64,000 nucleotides of DNA from Vairimorpha necatrix (GCA_036630325.1 CP142733.1:868001-932000); one strand, 5' to 3'; counted from the stretch's first letter, positions 32,011-43,280 are shown. Numbers and translations are program-made. The notes: generated by a model not told the origin, from the sequence alone.

Positions 32011-33228
32011 TTATTTTCTTATTGCTTGCTCTTCTCTGCCGTCCAAATATTCTTGATATTCTTTTCTCTTTTCCTCATATTTATCAGCATCCCCATATTT
32101 TTTCATAATCTTCAATGTTAAATTAATTACCTTTTCCGCATCTTCTTTATTATACCTATCAATATAAAACGTCTTAAAAACAATATAATTAGCATTTTTT
32201 ATACTTGCACGATTTTCACTCATTGCGACAAATAATTCTCTGGCAGACATATCGATAAAAGATTCTTGTAATCCGCTTGCATTCATATTCTTTTTAGATG
32301 TTACTCTTAATATTCCACCGGCAAGGTAATATTCAGTATCGGGATTCGCGTAAAATTCTGGATGATGATCTTCAGACTTGAAGTGGATTTTCCAACCTAC
32401 ATTGAATAATGTGATAAAGAAATCTTTAATATCATTCTTTATCAGTTTATTCCAAGACTCGACCAATTTACTTGTTTTATCATTGGCGATAAAAAACTTA
32501 AAGGTGTAACCTATTGATAGGTCCAGTAGATATTTTGACCAATCATGACAAAATATGTTTACCATATTGCAATCAGGCAAGAATTCAAGTAACTCGCTGT
32601 AATTGTCAAATAGAAGACTTTTATGGACGACAATTTCATCGTAATGTTTTTTTACTCCGTATTTGTTGTAAATCAGATCAGGCAAGATACCGCTTTTATT
32701 TGTTAACAAATCAATTTCAAGATTTTTCCATTCATCCAAAGTAAGTCTGTTTAATGAAATTAGTATTTGATCGTCAGAATTACCGCTTTCAGTTCCGAGT
32801 TGCAAGTTATGGATCAGTTCGTACATTTCATTATTTTCCAGATATAAACGAATATGATTCTCAATATCTTGAATCTTCAAAGACACAGCATCATTGTCAA
32901 TTTTCCAGTTATTATTTTCAATAGCTTGCTTAGTGAATTTCGCAAACAATTCACTTGTCTCGGCCAATTTAGTTTTAAATTTTTCAATATCTGCATTCGC
33001 TGCAAATTCATAAGATTCGTTATACGTGACATTATAAAGCCTTTGCAATATAAGCATTGTCATTAATCTTTCTCTTGGCCAATTATATTCTTTCGCTTTA
33101 TTTAGTATAATATCGGCTGTAAATAATGGAGTAGTCGATTTCACGATAAACTTTTTATCTTGATTTTCTGAATTAGATGTTGCTAAAATAGAATTTAAGA
33201 ATAGTAAAGTCGTATTGATCAGATTCAT
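32011..33228 (-). CDS. Secreted HD-superfamily (DUF5662-like) protein, paralog 2
   Basis: Signal peptide MNLINTTLLFLNSILA. CHDWSKY, WKIHFKSEDHHPEF, ESFID. Colinear with 22275-23501. Confidence 0.75.
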   Translation of the reverse strand: MNLINTTLLFLNSILATSNSENQDKKFIVKSTTPLFTADIILNKAKEYNWPRERLMTMLILQRLYNVTYNESYEFAANADIEKFKTKLAETSELFAKFTKQAIENNNWKIDNDAVSLKIQDIENHIRLYLENNEMYELIHNLQLGTESGNSDDQILISLNRLTLDEWKNLEIDLLTNKSGILPDLIYNKYGVKKHYDEIVVHKSLLFDNYSELLEFLPDCNMVNIFCHDWSKYLLDLSIGYTFKFFIANDKTSKLVESWNKLIKNDIKDFFITLFNVGWKIHFKSEDHHPEFYANPDTEYYLAGGILRVTSKKNMNASGLQESFIDMSARELFVAMSENRASIKNANYIVFKTFYIDRYNKEDAEKVINLTLKIMKKYGDADKYEEKRKEYQEYLDGREEQAIRK

Positions 33229-33792
33229 TGACCCCTAGGGAGGATTTTATTTAAATACTTTTTTTTTTGATTAAATTAAATTAAAAAAATAACGACATTT
33301 ATCAAAATAATTAAAATAAACAATAATAGACCAAAATCTATCTGCTTTTGACATGTATCACGAAATAAAATCAGTATTATTTGGCTGTCATAAATTTACA
33401 AATAATTAGCTAAATCAAATTATAAAATTATAGGAGTAAAATAGATTTTTTTTGTGATTAGCATTTACTTAAAAAAGGTTTTGTTTATGAAAATAAATTT
33501 TTAATTTACTGTCAAATATCTTATCTTATTTTTGTAACTGTCCTGTTTCATCAAAGATTTAGAAAATAAAAAGGGAGAATTCGAAATTTGAGAGGCTATC
33601 TCATCAGAAAATAAAGTCTTTCTTAGAACAAATAAATAAAAGTCCAAATAATGATATAAATCTTGGAAGTAGCATTTTAAAAAGTTAACAAAAATAGCGT
33701 CTAAACATTTAAATCTTTAATAAGCTGTTGCAAATATTTTTTTTATATTAAAAGTTTATTTATAAACAGATTTTATATATAAATGTTTTATT

Positions 33793-34329
33793 TTATATTA
33801 TTTCCATCTCTACTTTACTGCATATTTCTTTACAAATCTCATGTCCATTTTTCCTACAAAATTCTAATATTTCTTCGTCTATCAACTTTGTATATACTTG
33901 ACTTACTGTTTGTAATAATTCCAAATGTGATAACTTCGTAGTCTGTTTAAACATTTTTTTCAAATATTTTTGTACACAAATCAAATCTAAACTGTATTTT
34001 TTCGCTAATATAAATCTTAAGAGTACTGGTGTACATTGATCATTTTTTTTTATAATTTGTTCTACGATATCGTCCACGTGTTTTAATTTTGAGTGTGTCA
34101 GTGCAGCTCCTAAAATACGACATTCTTTACTTGATAGATCTTCAGCTAGTATTTTATATAAATCTCTTGTTTTTACTAGTTTTAGTAAATCTTTCCAATC
34201 TTTAACTGGTAGTTTCTTGTTTGTTTTTAATAAATTTCTGAATTTTGACCATGGAGTTTTTTCTGTAATTTTATCTAAATTTTTAATTATTTGTTTTACA
34301 ACTGACAAGTTGACGGTTTCTTCTGACAT
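33793..34329 (-). CDS. Hypothetical helical protein
   Basis: 178-aa ORF with CCC before the ATG, in a gene-dense block. Confidence 0.75.
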   Translation of the reverse strand: MSEETVNLSVVKQIIKNLDKITEKTPWSKFRNLLKTNKKLPVKDWKDLLKLVKTRDLYKILAEDLSSKECRILGAALTHSKLKHVDDIVEQIIKKNDQCTPVLLRFILAKKYSLDLICVQKYLKKMFKQTTKLSHLELLQTVSQVYTKLIDEEILEFCRKNGHEICKEICSKVEMEII

Positions 34330-34507
34330 TTAAAAGGGTGTAGAAATTTTCATCAAAATTCTTACTTCTATATCAATATAAATGTATAAATAGTATTGTT
34401 TGTTTTAATTGTATTAATTAAATCTAATTTTAAAATACAGTTAATTTTATAAACTACTAATAAATAAGACGACTTATCAAATGTACGTTATTTTTTTAAC
34501 TACCCCA

Positions 34508-35254
34508 ATGTTCTCAAGTATTTTACTACAGACAGATTCGGATAAAGACATTACTCTTCTAAATACATCAAAAATACTCTGCACTAAAGATCTGTCCACT
34601 ACTAATAATAGATTTATATACACAGTCTCAGATAAGTTAAGAATCTACAGATTAAATCCATATTCTCTAGTGGAAGAAATTGAAATTAAATTGAAGGTTG
34701 ATCTTATTTTGGTAATTAAAAACGACATTTTTTATGTGGGCGAAGGGCGACTTATAAAAAACATGAAAGAGAATATTTCATTACAAGAAAGTGTTTTTGG
34801 CATTTCTAATGTTGAAGATAAAGTTGGAGTCCAGTTTGCAGATAAATTAGTTTTATACGATTTTGATCTAAACAAAGTCAAAGAGTACAAATGTACCTCG
34901 TCTTTTTATGTAGACGGTGTCTTATTACTTGGATATAAGAATCATCTACAGATTATCACTAGATCGGCCTTAGATATTTATTTAGAAGATGATATTACGT
35001 GTATTACATGTGATATATTGTTTAGTAGAATATTTTGCGGGTCTACTAGTGGGAAGATTTACCAAATAAATATGGACGGAACTCCCAATAAAATACTTGA
35101 CTATCATGAAACAAGCGTGAAGTTTGTAAAAATGAGCATGTGTGATAGATTTTTATATTCTGCGGATGAAAGTGGCTTGTTATTAATTTGGGAGGATGTT
35201 GTAGTAGACAGAGTGAAATTAGACAACATAAAAGGATTAGAAGTTTACATTTAA
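34508..35254 (+). CDS. WD40-repeat protein (possibly Ipi3/WDR18-like)
   Basis: ATG after CCCC. YHETSVKFVKMS...LYSADESGLLLIWE WD repeat. Confidence 0.7.
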   Translation: MFSSILLQTDSDKDITLLNTSKILCTKDLSTTNNRFIYTVSDKLRIYRLNPYSLVEEIEIKLKVDLILVIKNDIFYVGEGRLIKNMKENISLQESVFGISNVEDKVGVQFADKLVLYDFDLNKVKEYKCTSSFYVDGVLLLGYKNHLQIITRSALDIYLEDDITCITCDILFSRIFCGSTSGKIYQINMDGTPNKILDYHETSVKFVKMSMCDRFLYSADESGLLLIWEDVVVDRVKLDNIKGLEVYI

Positions 35255-35453
35255 TACACAATAAATTAATATACTACTTAAAAGAGAGCAGTATGGCAGT
35301 AAAAAAGATTTACACTAGTTTTTATAGTAAAAATTCAAAATATGAAATAATGGGCATTTGTGACACCCAGTATATAATAGCAAATATCATTTTAAAAATA
35401 ATTAAAAGTTTAAATACAAAATAAATATAATAAATTTATTTCCTTACCCTTTA

Positions 35454-36026
35454 ATGTCCCAGGCTGTAGACCACAAATTTAAATTTATTTTATTAGGCGA
35501 AAGTAATGTGGGCAAAACTGCTCTACTCAGAAAATACAAAACAGATGACTTCCAAGAATCACTAATGTCTACTATTGGTATCGACACCATAACAAAAAAA
35601 ATATTTATTAATAAAAAACCCATCTTATTAGAAATTTGGGACACTGCAGGTCAAGAAAGATTTTTTAGTATAACAAAATCTTACTATAGAAATGCAGACG
35701 GCATTTTTTTAGTCTTCGATTTGTCGGTAGAAAACACTTTAAAAAGTGTAGATAGGTGGTATAAAACAATAGAAAATGCGGAAGACGTGCCAATATTTCT
35801 TATAGGAAATAAAAGGGATTTAATAAGTGACAGTGTACATGAAAGCATAAAAAGTAGACTTCCTGGTACTATGAAGTATTTTAGTACTAGTGCTAAATAT
35901 GGATTGAATGTAAGTAAAATTTTTGAAGAAATGGGAAAAATTTTACTGAAAAAAAATAAAAAGAAAAAAACAGTAAATGAGAAGATTGTATTAAATAAGA
36001 AGAGTAAAAGAAGGACATGTTGTTAA
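35454..36026 (+). CDS. Rab GTPase (Sec4/Rab8- or Ypt1-like)
   Basis: GESNVGKT, TIGID, WDTAGQE, YYR, NKRD, SAK, C-terminal CC. Confidence 0.95.
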   Translation: MSQAVDHKFKFILLGESNVGKTALLRKYKTDDFQESLMSTIGIDTITKKIFINKKPILLEIWDTAGQERFFSITKSYYRNADGIFLVFDLSVENTLKSVDRWYKTIENAEDVPIFLIGNKRDLISDSVHESIKSRLPGTMKYFSTSAKYGLNVSKIFEEMGKILLKKNKKKKTVNEKIVLNKKSKRRTCC

Positions 36027-36263
36027 AAATACCAATAATAAATATATTTATACAAATTTTTAAATTTTATTGGTTTGATTTTCGTTTCAGTTTTTGATTT
36101 TACGTTTCAATTTTATTGGTTTATGTTTTTGATCTGTAAATTCCAATTTAATTGGTTGACATTTGCTTCTGTTTTTAAATATCCAATTCTTTATCACAAT
36201 TTATTTTTTCCGCGTTTTTTTGATTTGTCAGTTGTTTTTTAAATTCTTGATTTCATTTTTTTC

Positions 36264-36725
36264 ATGTTTTTATTTTTTTTACTGTTTTACTCCAAACAAA
36301 TAATCATTACTCCATACGGGAATCACAACAAACACCTCATTAAATTACAGGATACTTTCCTTATTACCAGAAATTTTGCTAAGTATAAAGAATACAGTGA
36401 TGAATTTAGAGTAGATGACAATGACGATACCTTTATTTCCCAAAAAGGATTTTTTATCTGTAAAAAAAATGAAGATGAAATTTTTCCTTGTAAAACTAAT
36501 AGGAAAAAAATCAAGTTTACTTTTTTACCAAAAAGGAATTTTTATAATTTGATTTCTGATGATAAAATGTGTCTTAGTGTTTATAGAAAAGATAAAGTGT
36601 TGGGTGGCGAGTTGGTTAGATTAGAGAAGTGTAATGATGGTGTAAATCAGAGGTTTGAGTTTTATGATGTAGTAAATACTGAGAATGAAAATGAAGACGA
36701 GACATATTTACAGATTTCCCCCTGA
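36264..36725 (+). CDS. Secreted ricin-B-lectin-like protein
   Basis: Hydrophobic N-terminus. ICK..IFPC and MCLSV...LEKCNDGVNQRF beta-trefoil repeat pattern. Confidence 0.7.
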   Translation: MFLFFLLFYSKQIIITPYGNHNKHLIKLQDTFLITRNFAKYKEYSDEFRVDDNDDTFISQKGFFICKKNEDEIFPCKTNRKKIKFTFLPKRNFYNLISDDKMCLSVYRKDKVLGGELVRLEKCNDGVNQRFEFYDVVNTENENEDETYLQISP

Positions 36726-36806
36726 TAATTTTATGTAAATTTTCTAATTTTTAGTAATAAATTTTTTTTTTTAAAAAAAAATTTATTAAATAGAATTAAA
36801 ATTTCT

Positions 36807-37382
36807 TTACATTTTGTTGATTTGGTTGTACACTTCTTTGATTACTTTACTATCTCCTTCAATACTTATAAATCCATTTATTCCTACGCTACATTTAAAA
36901 TTATATTTCTGCCCGATTTTCTGTAAAAAGTCCCCCACATAAATCATTTGACTTTTCCACACTGTTATTTTGAATATTTTTCCTTCTACTTTCCCGAAGT
37001 TTTCTCCTACACATGACAATATTGGCTCTAGCCCCGTGTCCACAATTTTACAGAGTACCCAGTCATCTTTCTTTATATCTGGTCTATTTCTCTTACTCGC
37101 GTTTGTAAAACTCAGTACTGGCAATATTCCCAAGTATGTGTCTAAATCTACTTTATAATATTCTGAAGATGTGTAGATGACTCTACCTAAGACTATGTCG
37201 TCAATGTATGGGAAATATCTATTGGTTTTTGATAAGACGAATAAATGGTCTTGGATTTTACAGAGAGTGCCGAATACATAAGATTTGAGGATATTGTCTT
37301 TTTTATAAAGGCCCAGAGAAAAAGAGCCTTTTTGGGTTATTTCGTCCCCGGGGAAGACAACATGTAATTTTGTAAATCTCAT
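36807..37382 (-). CDS. RRP40: Exosome subunit Rrp40
   Basis: VFPGD, RYFP..DDIVLG, YKVD, LSFTNASKRNRP, SVGINGFI. Confidence 0.9.
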   Translation of the reverse strand: MRFTKLHVVFPGDEITQKGSFSLGLYKKDNILKSYVFGTLCKIQDHLFVLSKTNRYFPYIDDIVLGRVIYTSSEYYKVDLDTYLGILPVLSFTNASKRNRPDIKKDDWVLCKIVDTGLEPILSCVGENFGKVEGKIFKITVWKSQMIYVGDFLQKIGQKYNFKCSVGINGFISIEGDSKVIKEVYNQINKM

Positions 37383-37598
37383 TATAAAAAAAGGGGCAGG
37401 GATTTAGAAAGAGGCTATGTAAAATATTAGTACGCTTTTTTTGATGAATAATAATTTGGTATCTTTTTTGACATGATTTTAAAGCAAAAAAAAATTGTCA
37501 AGAAAAAATTTTCACCTTTGTAAAAAATATTACCAGTGTTTAATAATTTATATGAATAAAATAAAGCAATATTTCTTTTTTTTAAATATATTCCTGGT

Positions 37599-38999
37599 TT
37601 ATTGTAATAATCTTTCTACATCTTGTCTCATTTGTGTATCATCACAATGCATCCCTTTGATTATCTCAATCATCTCTTCATCTAAATCTTCTTTTTTTAT
37701 TATATTCATCACTTTACTCCTTACATTTATTACTTCATCTCTCAATAACCTTTTTATAAATCTCGTCTTATATTTCTTATCAAATGCATAATACGCTTCA
37801 CTACTAGTAATCCTCACCAAATACGAATTATTCATCATATCTTCCATTTTCTCTTCTAATTCTTTACTCCACTCAGATTTAATTATTAATTCTTTCAAAA
37901 CAAGTCCTGCTTTATTTCTTACTTCGTAGACTGGATCAGTCAAATATTGAAAAAGCGTGTCTTGTAAATGTCTCTGTACCAATTTATCATTATGATCTAC
38001 AATATGTAAAATTGTATCTAATATTTCTATTTTAATACGCCAAATATTATTTTTTGGTAAACTTCTTATTATTGGTAGACTGATTTTTTCATAAATATCT
38101 TCTCTGTGAATACATAGAAGCTCTTTTCTTACCAACCACGACTCGTCATTGACAACATCGTCAAGTAAATCGTCGTGTAAATGACAAATTTTTTGGACTG
38201 CAAGTTTTCTGACATTTTCAGATTTGTCATTTATAAAAATTTGTGCAAATTTTTTACTAATTTCAAAAGGCAGAGGTGAACTTTCTTGATCCTCGAAATT
38301 TCTTCTATTATCATTAATATTCTCCACTAATTTAAGTCTTATACATTCTTCTGGATCTTTAGATAAAATATTATACAAATTTATTTTATCATCAACACTA
38401 AAATACCCTATTTTTTTAACTAAAGATAACCTTTTTCTCCACGATTTTGATAAAGAAATTTGTGTTATTAAAAAATTTTTTTGTTTTATAAAAATCAATA
38501 TATCAGGTACTAGACATTGTATATATTCATATTGATTATTATTTAACATATTAGCAATATTTAATAATTCGTCATCATTAAAAACAGGCGAGTCGTATTT
38601 ATTTATTGACTTGACAGCTTCTTTTACAACAAGTCCTATTGGATCAGAAAATGATTTTTTTAAAAAATTTTTAGTACCAGGAAGATTTACTATAATTTGC
38701 GGGACGGCGCATCTTTGATTAAAAAATTTACTTTTTTGTAAATTTGTAATGTATTCGTGAGTTAAAGAAGGATTTTTTAATAGAATTTGATGGATTACAG
38801 AACAAACACTGTTTCTGTTTTCTATTAGTAAAAGGGAGCAAAGAGGCAGAATTTCGGGGGAAATTATTGAATTTGAAGTTAGGTAGGAAATAAGTTTTTT
38901 TGTGAGATCGAGTTCCTTGCCTATGAGGGATTGAAGGTTTAGAAGGTCTGGAGTTTGAAAAGTTGAGAAATCGATATTTGAGAAATCAACATTTTCCAT
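37599..38999 (-). CDS. TPD3: PP2A scaffold (A) subunit, HEAT repeats, shortened
   Basis: KSWRKR, DKSENVR, DESWLVR, IWRIK, LTDPVYEVR, SYLVR, DEVINVR follow the PP2A-A repeat order. Confidence 0.8.
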   Translation of the reverse strand: MENVDFSNIDFSTFQTPDLLNLQSLIGKELDLTKKLISYLTSNSIISPEILPLCSLLLIENRNSVCSVIHQILLKNPSLTHEYITNLQKSKFFNQRCAVPQIIVNLPGTKNFLKKSFSDPIGLVVKEAVKSINKYDSPVFNDDELLNIANMLNNNQYEYIQCLVPDILIFIKQKNFLITQISLSKSWRKRLSLVKKIGYFSVDDKINLYNILSKDPEECIRLKLVENINDNRRNFEDQESSPLPFEISKKFAQIFINDKSENVRKLAVQKICHLHDDLLDDVVNDESWLVRKELLCIHREDIYEKISLPIIRSLPKNNIWRIKIEILDTILHIVDHNDKLVQRHLQDTLFQYLTDPVYEVRNKAGLVLKELIIKSEWSKELEEKMEDMMNNSYLVRITSSEAYYAFDKKYKTRFIKRLLRDEVINVRSKVMNIIKKEDLDEEMIEIIKGMHCDDTQMRQDVERLLQ

Positions 39000-39049
39000 A
39001 AGGGCGGAAAATTAAGAAAAAAGAAGTTTCAAAATTTATTGGTCTATGA

Positions 39050-39290
39050 AAATCTAGACATGTAAAAATTTAAATATGCTGGACATGTAAAAATCTAAAT
39101 ATGCTAGACATGTAAAACTTGTAAAAATCTAAATATGCTAGACATGTTAAACTTGTAAAATTTAAATATGTTTAAAATGTAAAAATCTAAATTTGCTAGA
39201 CATGTAAAAATCTAAATTTGCTAGACATGTAAAAATCTAAATATGTTAAATTTGTAAAAATTATTTAAATATGCTGGACTTGTAAAATTC
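39050..39290. repeat. Tandem repeat, about 25-bp unit, filling a divergent intergenic region
   Basis: GCTAGACATGTAAAAATCTAAATAT and variants, about 8 copies. Confidence 0.9.
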
Positions 39291-39318
39291 GTCTAGTTTT
39301 ATTTTCCATTTCCCCTTC

Positions 39319-40176
39319 ATGAATTTTTCTGTTTCTAATTTTCGCACTGACGAGAAGCTTTTCTCGATTCACATTAATAAAAATATTTACACAGGAGGTA
39401 CTTCTACTTTTCTCAAAGATGTGAGTAATAATGTTATTTTGTATAAACATGACAAGTCTATTACTCATATTACAAGTAGTGGGCCTTTCCTGGCTTGTAG
39501 TAGTTACGACTGTACAGTCTCAATATTCAAGGTCGAGAACATTGTCTATAAGTTAGAAGATGTCATTGAAGGACCAGACACAGAAATAAAATGCGTGTCT
39601 TTTGATTCTTCAAATTCTTGGCTGGCTTTCGCCACTAGGGGCAAATCCGTCTGGATTTGCCGTATAAATGAGTACATAGAAATCCATAAGATTTTAGAAG
39701 ACCACACTGAAGATGTAAAAGGCTGCCTTTTCTTTCTCGATTTCTTCGTCTCTTTCGGCTATGACAACACTATAAACCTCTACCAATATTTCAAATATAA
39801 TGAAGAATGGGAATTAGTTCAAGAAATAGAAGAAGAAGACACAGTCTGGAATGTGGTCTTTATAGAAGACAGGATGTATTCCTGTAATGCCAGTGGTGAG
39901 ATTTCTCTATATGTATTAGATAAAGGATATACTTTAAAAAAGAGGAAGAAGTTTAGTCATTTGCCCATTTTGGCACTGTGCGCTTATAAAAACAGACTTG
40001 TGGCGGGTTTAAATTTGGGAGACTTGATTTTCTTAGATTTAAATTTGGAAATAGTCCATGAGATGGAGAAAATACACACGGGATTTATAAATTGTGTTTA
40101 TTATTCAGAAAAAGATGAAATTTTAGGAACATGTAGTGATGATCAAACTTACAACATCCTCAAAGAAGAAGAATAA
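39319..40176 (+). CDS. CIA1: Cytosolic Fe-S assembly WD40 protein Cia1
   Basis: IEGPDTEIKCVSF, TRGKSVWI, LEDHTEDVK, SFGYDNTI. CCCC before the ATG. Confidence 0.88.
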   Translation: MNFSVSNFRTDEKLFSIHINKNIYTGGTSTFLKDVSNNVILYKHDKSITHITSSGPFLACSSYDCTVSIFKVENIVYKLEDVIEGPDTEIKCVSFDSSNSWLAFATRGKSVWICRINEYIEIHKILEDHTEDVKGCLFFLDFFVSFGYDNTINLYQYFKYNEEWELVQEIEEEDTVWNVVFIEDRMYSCNASGEISLYVLDKGYTLKKRKKFSHLPILALCAYKNRLVAGLNLGDLIFLDLNLEIVHEMEKIHTGFINCVYYSEKDEILGTCSDDQTYNILKEEE

Positions 40177-40238
40177 ATATTAATTTTAAAATTTTCAATT
40201 TTTTTTTATAAATTTTTCTTTTTTTTGGTACCCCAAAA

Positions 40239-40862
40239 ATGAGAAAGACAAATAACTTAGCAATAAGTAATTTGACCGACAAAGTATCTGTCAAACAGAT
40301 CGCTGACGCTTTCTCAAAATACGAATTTAAAATGTAAGTGAAGAAAATCAATTCCTTGGTTCGTGAATCTGAACTAATGATGATTATTATTGCAGATACT
40401 AATCTCAGAACATCAATAAACATCAAGGAAGTCTACAGAAGAGACGGAGGCAAGAAACTTGTAGGAAATGTCGAGTTTAAAGACACTGAGTCTATTGAAG
40501 AGGTAGTCGCCAGTGAGAAGATCTCAATTAATAATGAAGAATATCCTGTCTACTTTGCCAAGGGGCAAAGTAGCAAAGAGAAAGTCATCATCAGTGACAA
40601 GAAGCTGTACATTAAGGGACTGCCTAAAGATTTACAGGAGAGCGAGATCATCGACATGCTAGGGAAATGTAAAATCTCAACTACCAACCAGGGCTCTCAC
40701 ATAGTCTTCGCGGAATTTGAGAGTAGTGGGGAACAACAGGCGGCACTTGATAAACTGGAGAATATGGAGATAAAAGGAAGACAAGTAAGGGCAAGGAAAG
40801 CCCTTGAGAAGGTATTCCCACCTAAAGGAAAATTCAGAAGAGAAAAGGGAGGAGACCAATAA
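40239..40862 (+). CDS. Two-RRM RNA-binding protein; exons 40239-40333 and 40409-40862
   Basis: CCCCAAAA-ATG. RNP2-like LAISNL and LYIKGL, RNP1-like IVFAEF. Removing 40334-40408 fuses the frames (..YEFK-I-TSINIK..); the unspliced frame stops at TAA. Confidence 0.88.
40334..40408 (+). ncRNA. 75-nt spliceosomal intron containing a U18/snR18-like box C/D snoRNA
   Basis: GTAAGT donor, TACTAAT branch, CAG acceptor. C-like GTGAAGA 40338-40344, guide 40351-40365, D' CTGA 40369-40372, C' ATGATGA 40377-40383, D-like CAGA 40393-40396. Confidence 0.75.
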
Positions 40863-41049
40863 ATTATATTTTAGTATATAAAAATGAGACTTAATAAATC
40901 TTTTTTAACATGACTGCATTTTATTTAAATGTAAAAAAAACTAGACTTTTTTATTTAAAAAATTATTCTGCATAATATCATTAAAAAAGAAAAAACTAGA
41001 AATTTAAAATTGAATCTGCATAATACTATAAAGTACGAAAAATATGCTT

Positions 41050-42450
41050 TCAAGTGTATGAGTGAAACATGGGTTTATTTATTATTTGGAGAGCCAATGT
41101 CAAATTATGATCGACATTTTTGACAGGGATCATCTCTAGAAAGATTTATTTGAAAAAAAAATTTATCTGGCCGAAAAAGAAATGTGGGTTCGTTTAAAGA
41201 CATCATGGCTTTAAGAATAATAAAGCACATGACCTTATGAAGTAATATTAGTACAAGCAGACAATGTTGTAAACTCTCTATTGTAAAATAAATAATAAAA
41301 TGCAGAGTTATGAAAAAGAAATTGAGAACAGGAAATGGAAAAATTATCATAAAAAACTGCAAATTATATTAATAGACTAAGAAAGTATAGATAATACCGT
41401 ACAACAAAATTAACAAGGCAATATTTTATGAGATCAATGCAAATTTAATGCCCTGTATACATCAGAAGAAGATGTAAGAGAAAGAAACAATTCTTATATA
41501 TGTTTTAGAAAGATTTATTCGACAAATTTCTCTGGATCTTATTCTTGTAGCAGAAAACCAAATTTTTAATGCTACAATATCAAATGGCCGTAGAGCAAGA
41601 GAGATTATAAAAATACAGTCATTGGATAAAACATGAACAAATAGTTATATAGACGATCAAATACTGACCAATCATATTCTTACAAATGGACAAATAACTC
41701 GCTATAAAACAGTATTTAAAAATTTAATAAAAAAGAGTTGGAATACTAAAGAATTGACAATCATAATGTGTCTATAAATCGAGTATACCAAATAACTAAT
41801 TTGCTTATTCTGGTTATATGTCTACTAAAATTCCTCGAGCTTGTGAGTATTACTCTATTATATACTGAAAGATGCTAAGGCTCCATCTTTATAACTTCAT
41901 AGAGGCGGAAAGATTTCCATTGACGAACTTTATAAATTGATCATAAGTTTTATATTTCTATATTGTTAGTTGTGTTGTATCTACACAACCTCAAATAATG
42001 ACAATATTGATTATGTACAAACAACTAAATAATGTTAGATCAACATCTACAATTTTTAATTTTATTCTTATCTGGTCAATGACTTATATTGATTAATCTA
42101 TATTATTTTATATCAATATATCATCAAATATATAAAATACACATAAAAAGCCCGATATTCATGCATTTGATATAAGAAATATACATTAAATGTCGGCACA
42201 ATTAACATGTAATAATCATTAATGGAAAGAAAGAAAACGTGTTTCTTGCAATTAATACTTAAATCCAAGACTGGAATAGGACATATGTGACGACTTAATG
42301 TCCTCGAATATATACTGTACATTGTGTATAAGAGGACTTTGAAATCTATCTTACGCTCTAAGACGAGGATAGATTAGGAATATACTGGAGAAAATAAATC
42401 TTTATAACTGTTATGGATTAACCTAAAAAGTTGTCGCTTTAAAGAAAATG
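41050..42450 (+). pseudogene. Highly decayed non-LTR retrotransposon remnant (boundaries approximate)
   Basis: Broken-frame fragments resembling NHLL(F)MDD, GGRG..SI.ELY and TIDH regions of RT/endonuclease ORFs. Confidence 0.35.
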
Positions 42451-43280
42451 TTTGAAAAAAAAATAGATTTTTGAATTATAAAGCTTACAGATACCATAAA
42501 CAATGATGGCCTAATACTTGAAGATTCAAACTACATATAATAGGTGCGTGTAAAAAGACCAAATAAAATCATGAGTCTTACGAGCATCTTAAACAATAAT
42601 AGCTTTAAACTGTGAAGAATTGATTGCTGAAGAATAGGCTTAGGATGATTGTTCTAATTTCATATCATCTTGGAGATATCTAATAAAATCATTGTATGTT
42701 TTAACATACAAATGAGATTGTTGCTTACGAAGTCTTAATTAAACATTTTTTTATCTTAAAAAAGATTACTTTGCATAGTATAACTTAACCTATATATTTA
42801 ATACCATTCAAACTAAAGATATAATTATATTAATATGAAAAACAAAAAATTTGCAAGTAAACATAATCTAATGAATTTGAAAATAAATGCCGCGTTAAAT
42901 TTCAATGTCGCAATTGATGTGTTTTTATTTCAAAAAACATATAACTAATATTTATTGAACTTTTTTATGTTTAGAAATTAGACTATTTTTGTACAAAATG
43001 CCTAGCTCTGTTGTCTTTTTATGTCTTATTAAAAATTACAAAGGGTTGTGTTTGTTTACAACTGATCTTATATTTGTTTACGTGTGAATTATCTTATTTG
43101 TTCAATAGTTAGATAGCGGTTTTACATCAAAGTGACATATATATATAATAATAATTTAATAGAATTTACATATTTAATGCAAAAAAACTCTTTTTAGATT
43201 GTAAAATGTATTTAATAAACTTCAAAAATTGTATGCTTAGATTTGATAAATAATTAATATAAAAATTCAATAGCCCTAAT

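Noticed and set aside
39050-39290. CRISPR-like array
   Set aside because: The units are directly adjacent and degenerate with no unique spacers, the context is eukaryotic and there are no cas genes.
40334-40395. Shorter 62-nt intron ending at GCAG
   Set aside because: It gives an immediate stop (ATA TAC TAA) and lacks the adjacent TACTAAT branch site.
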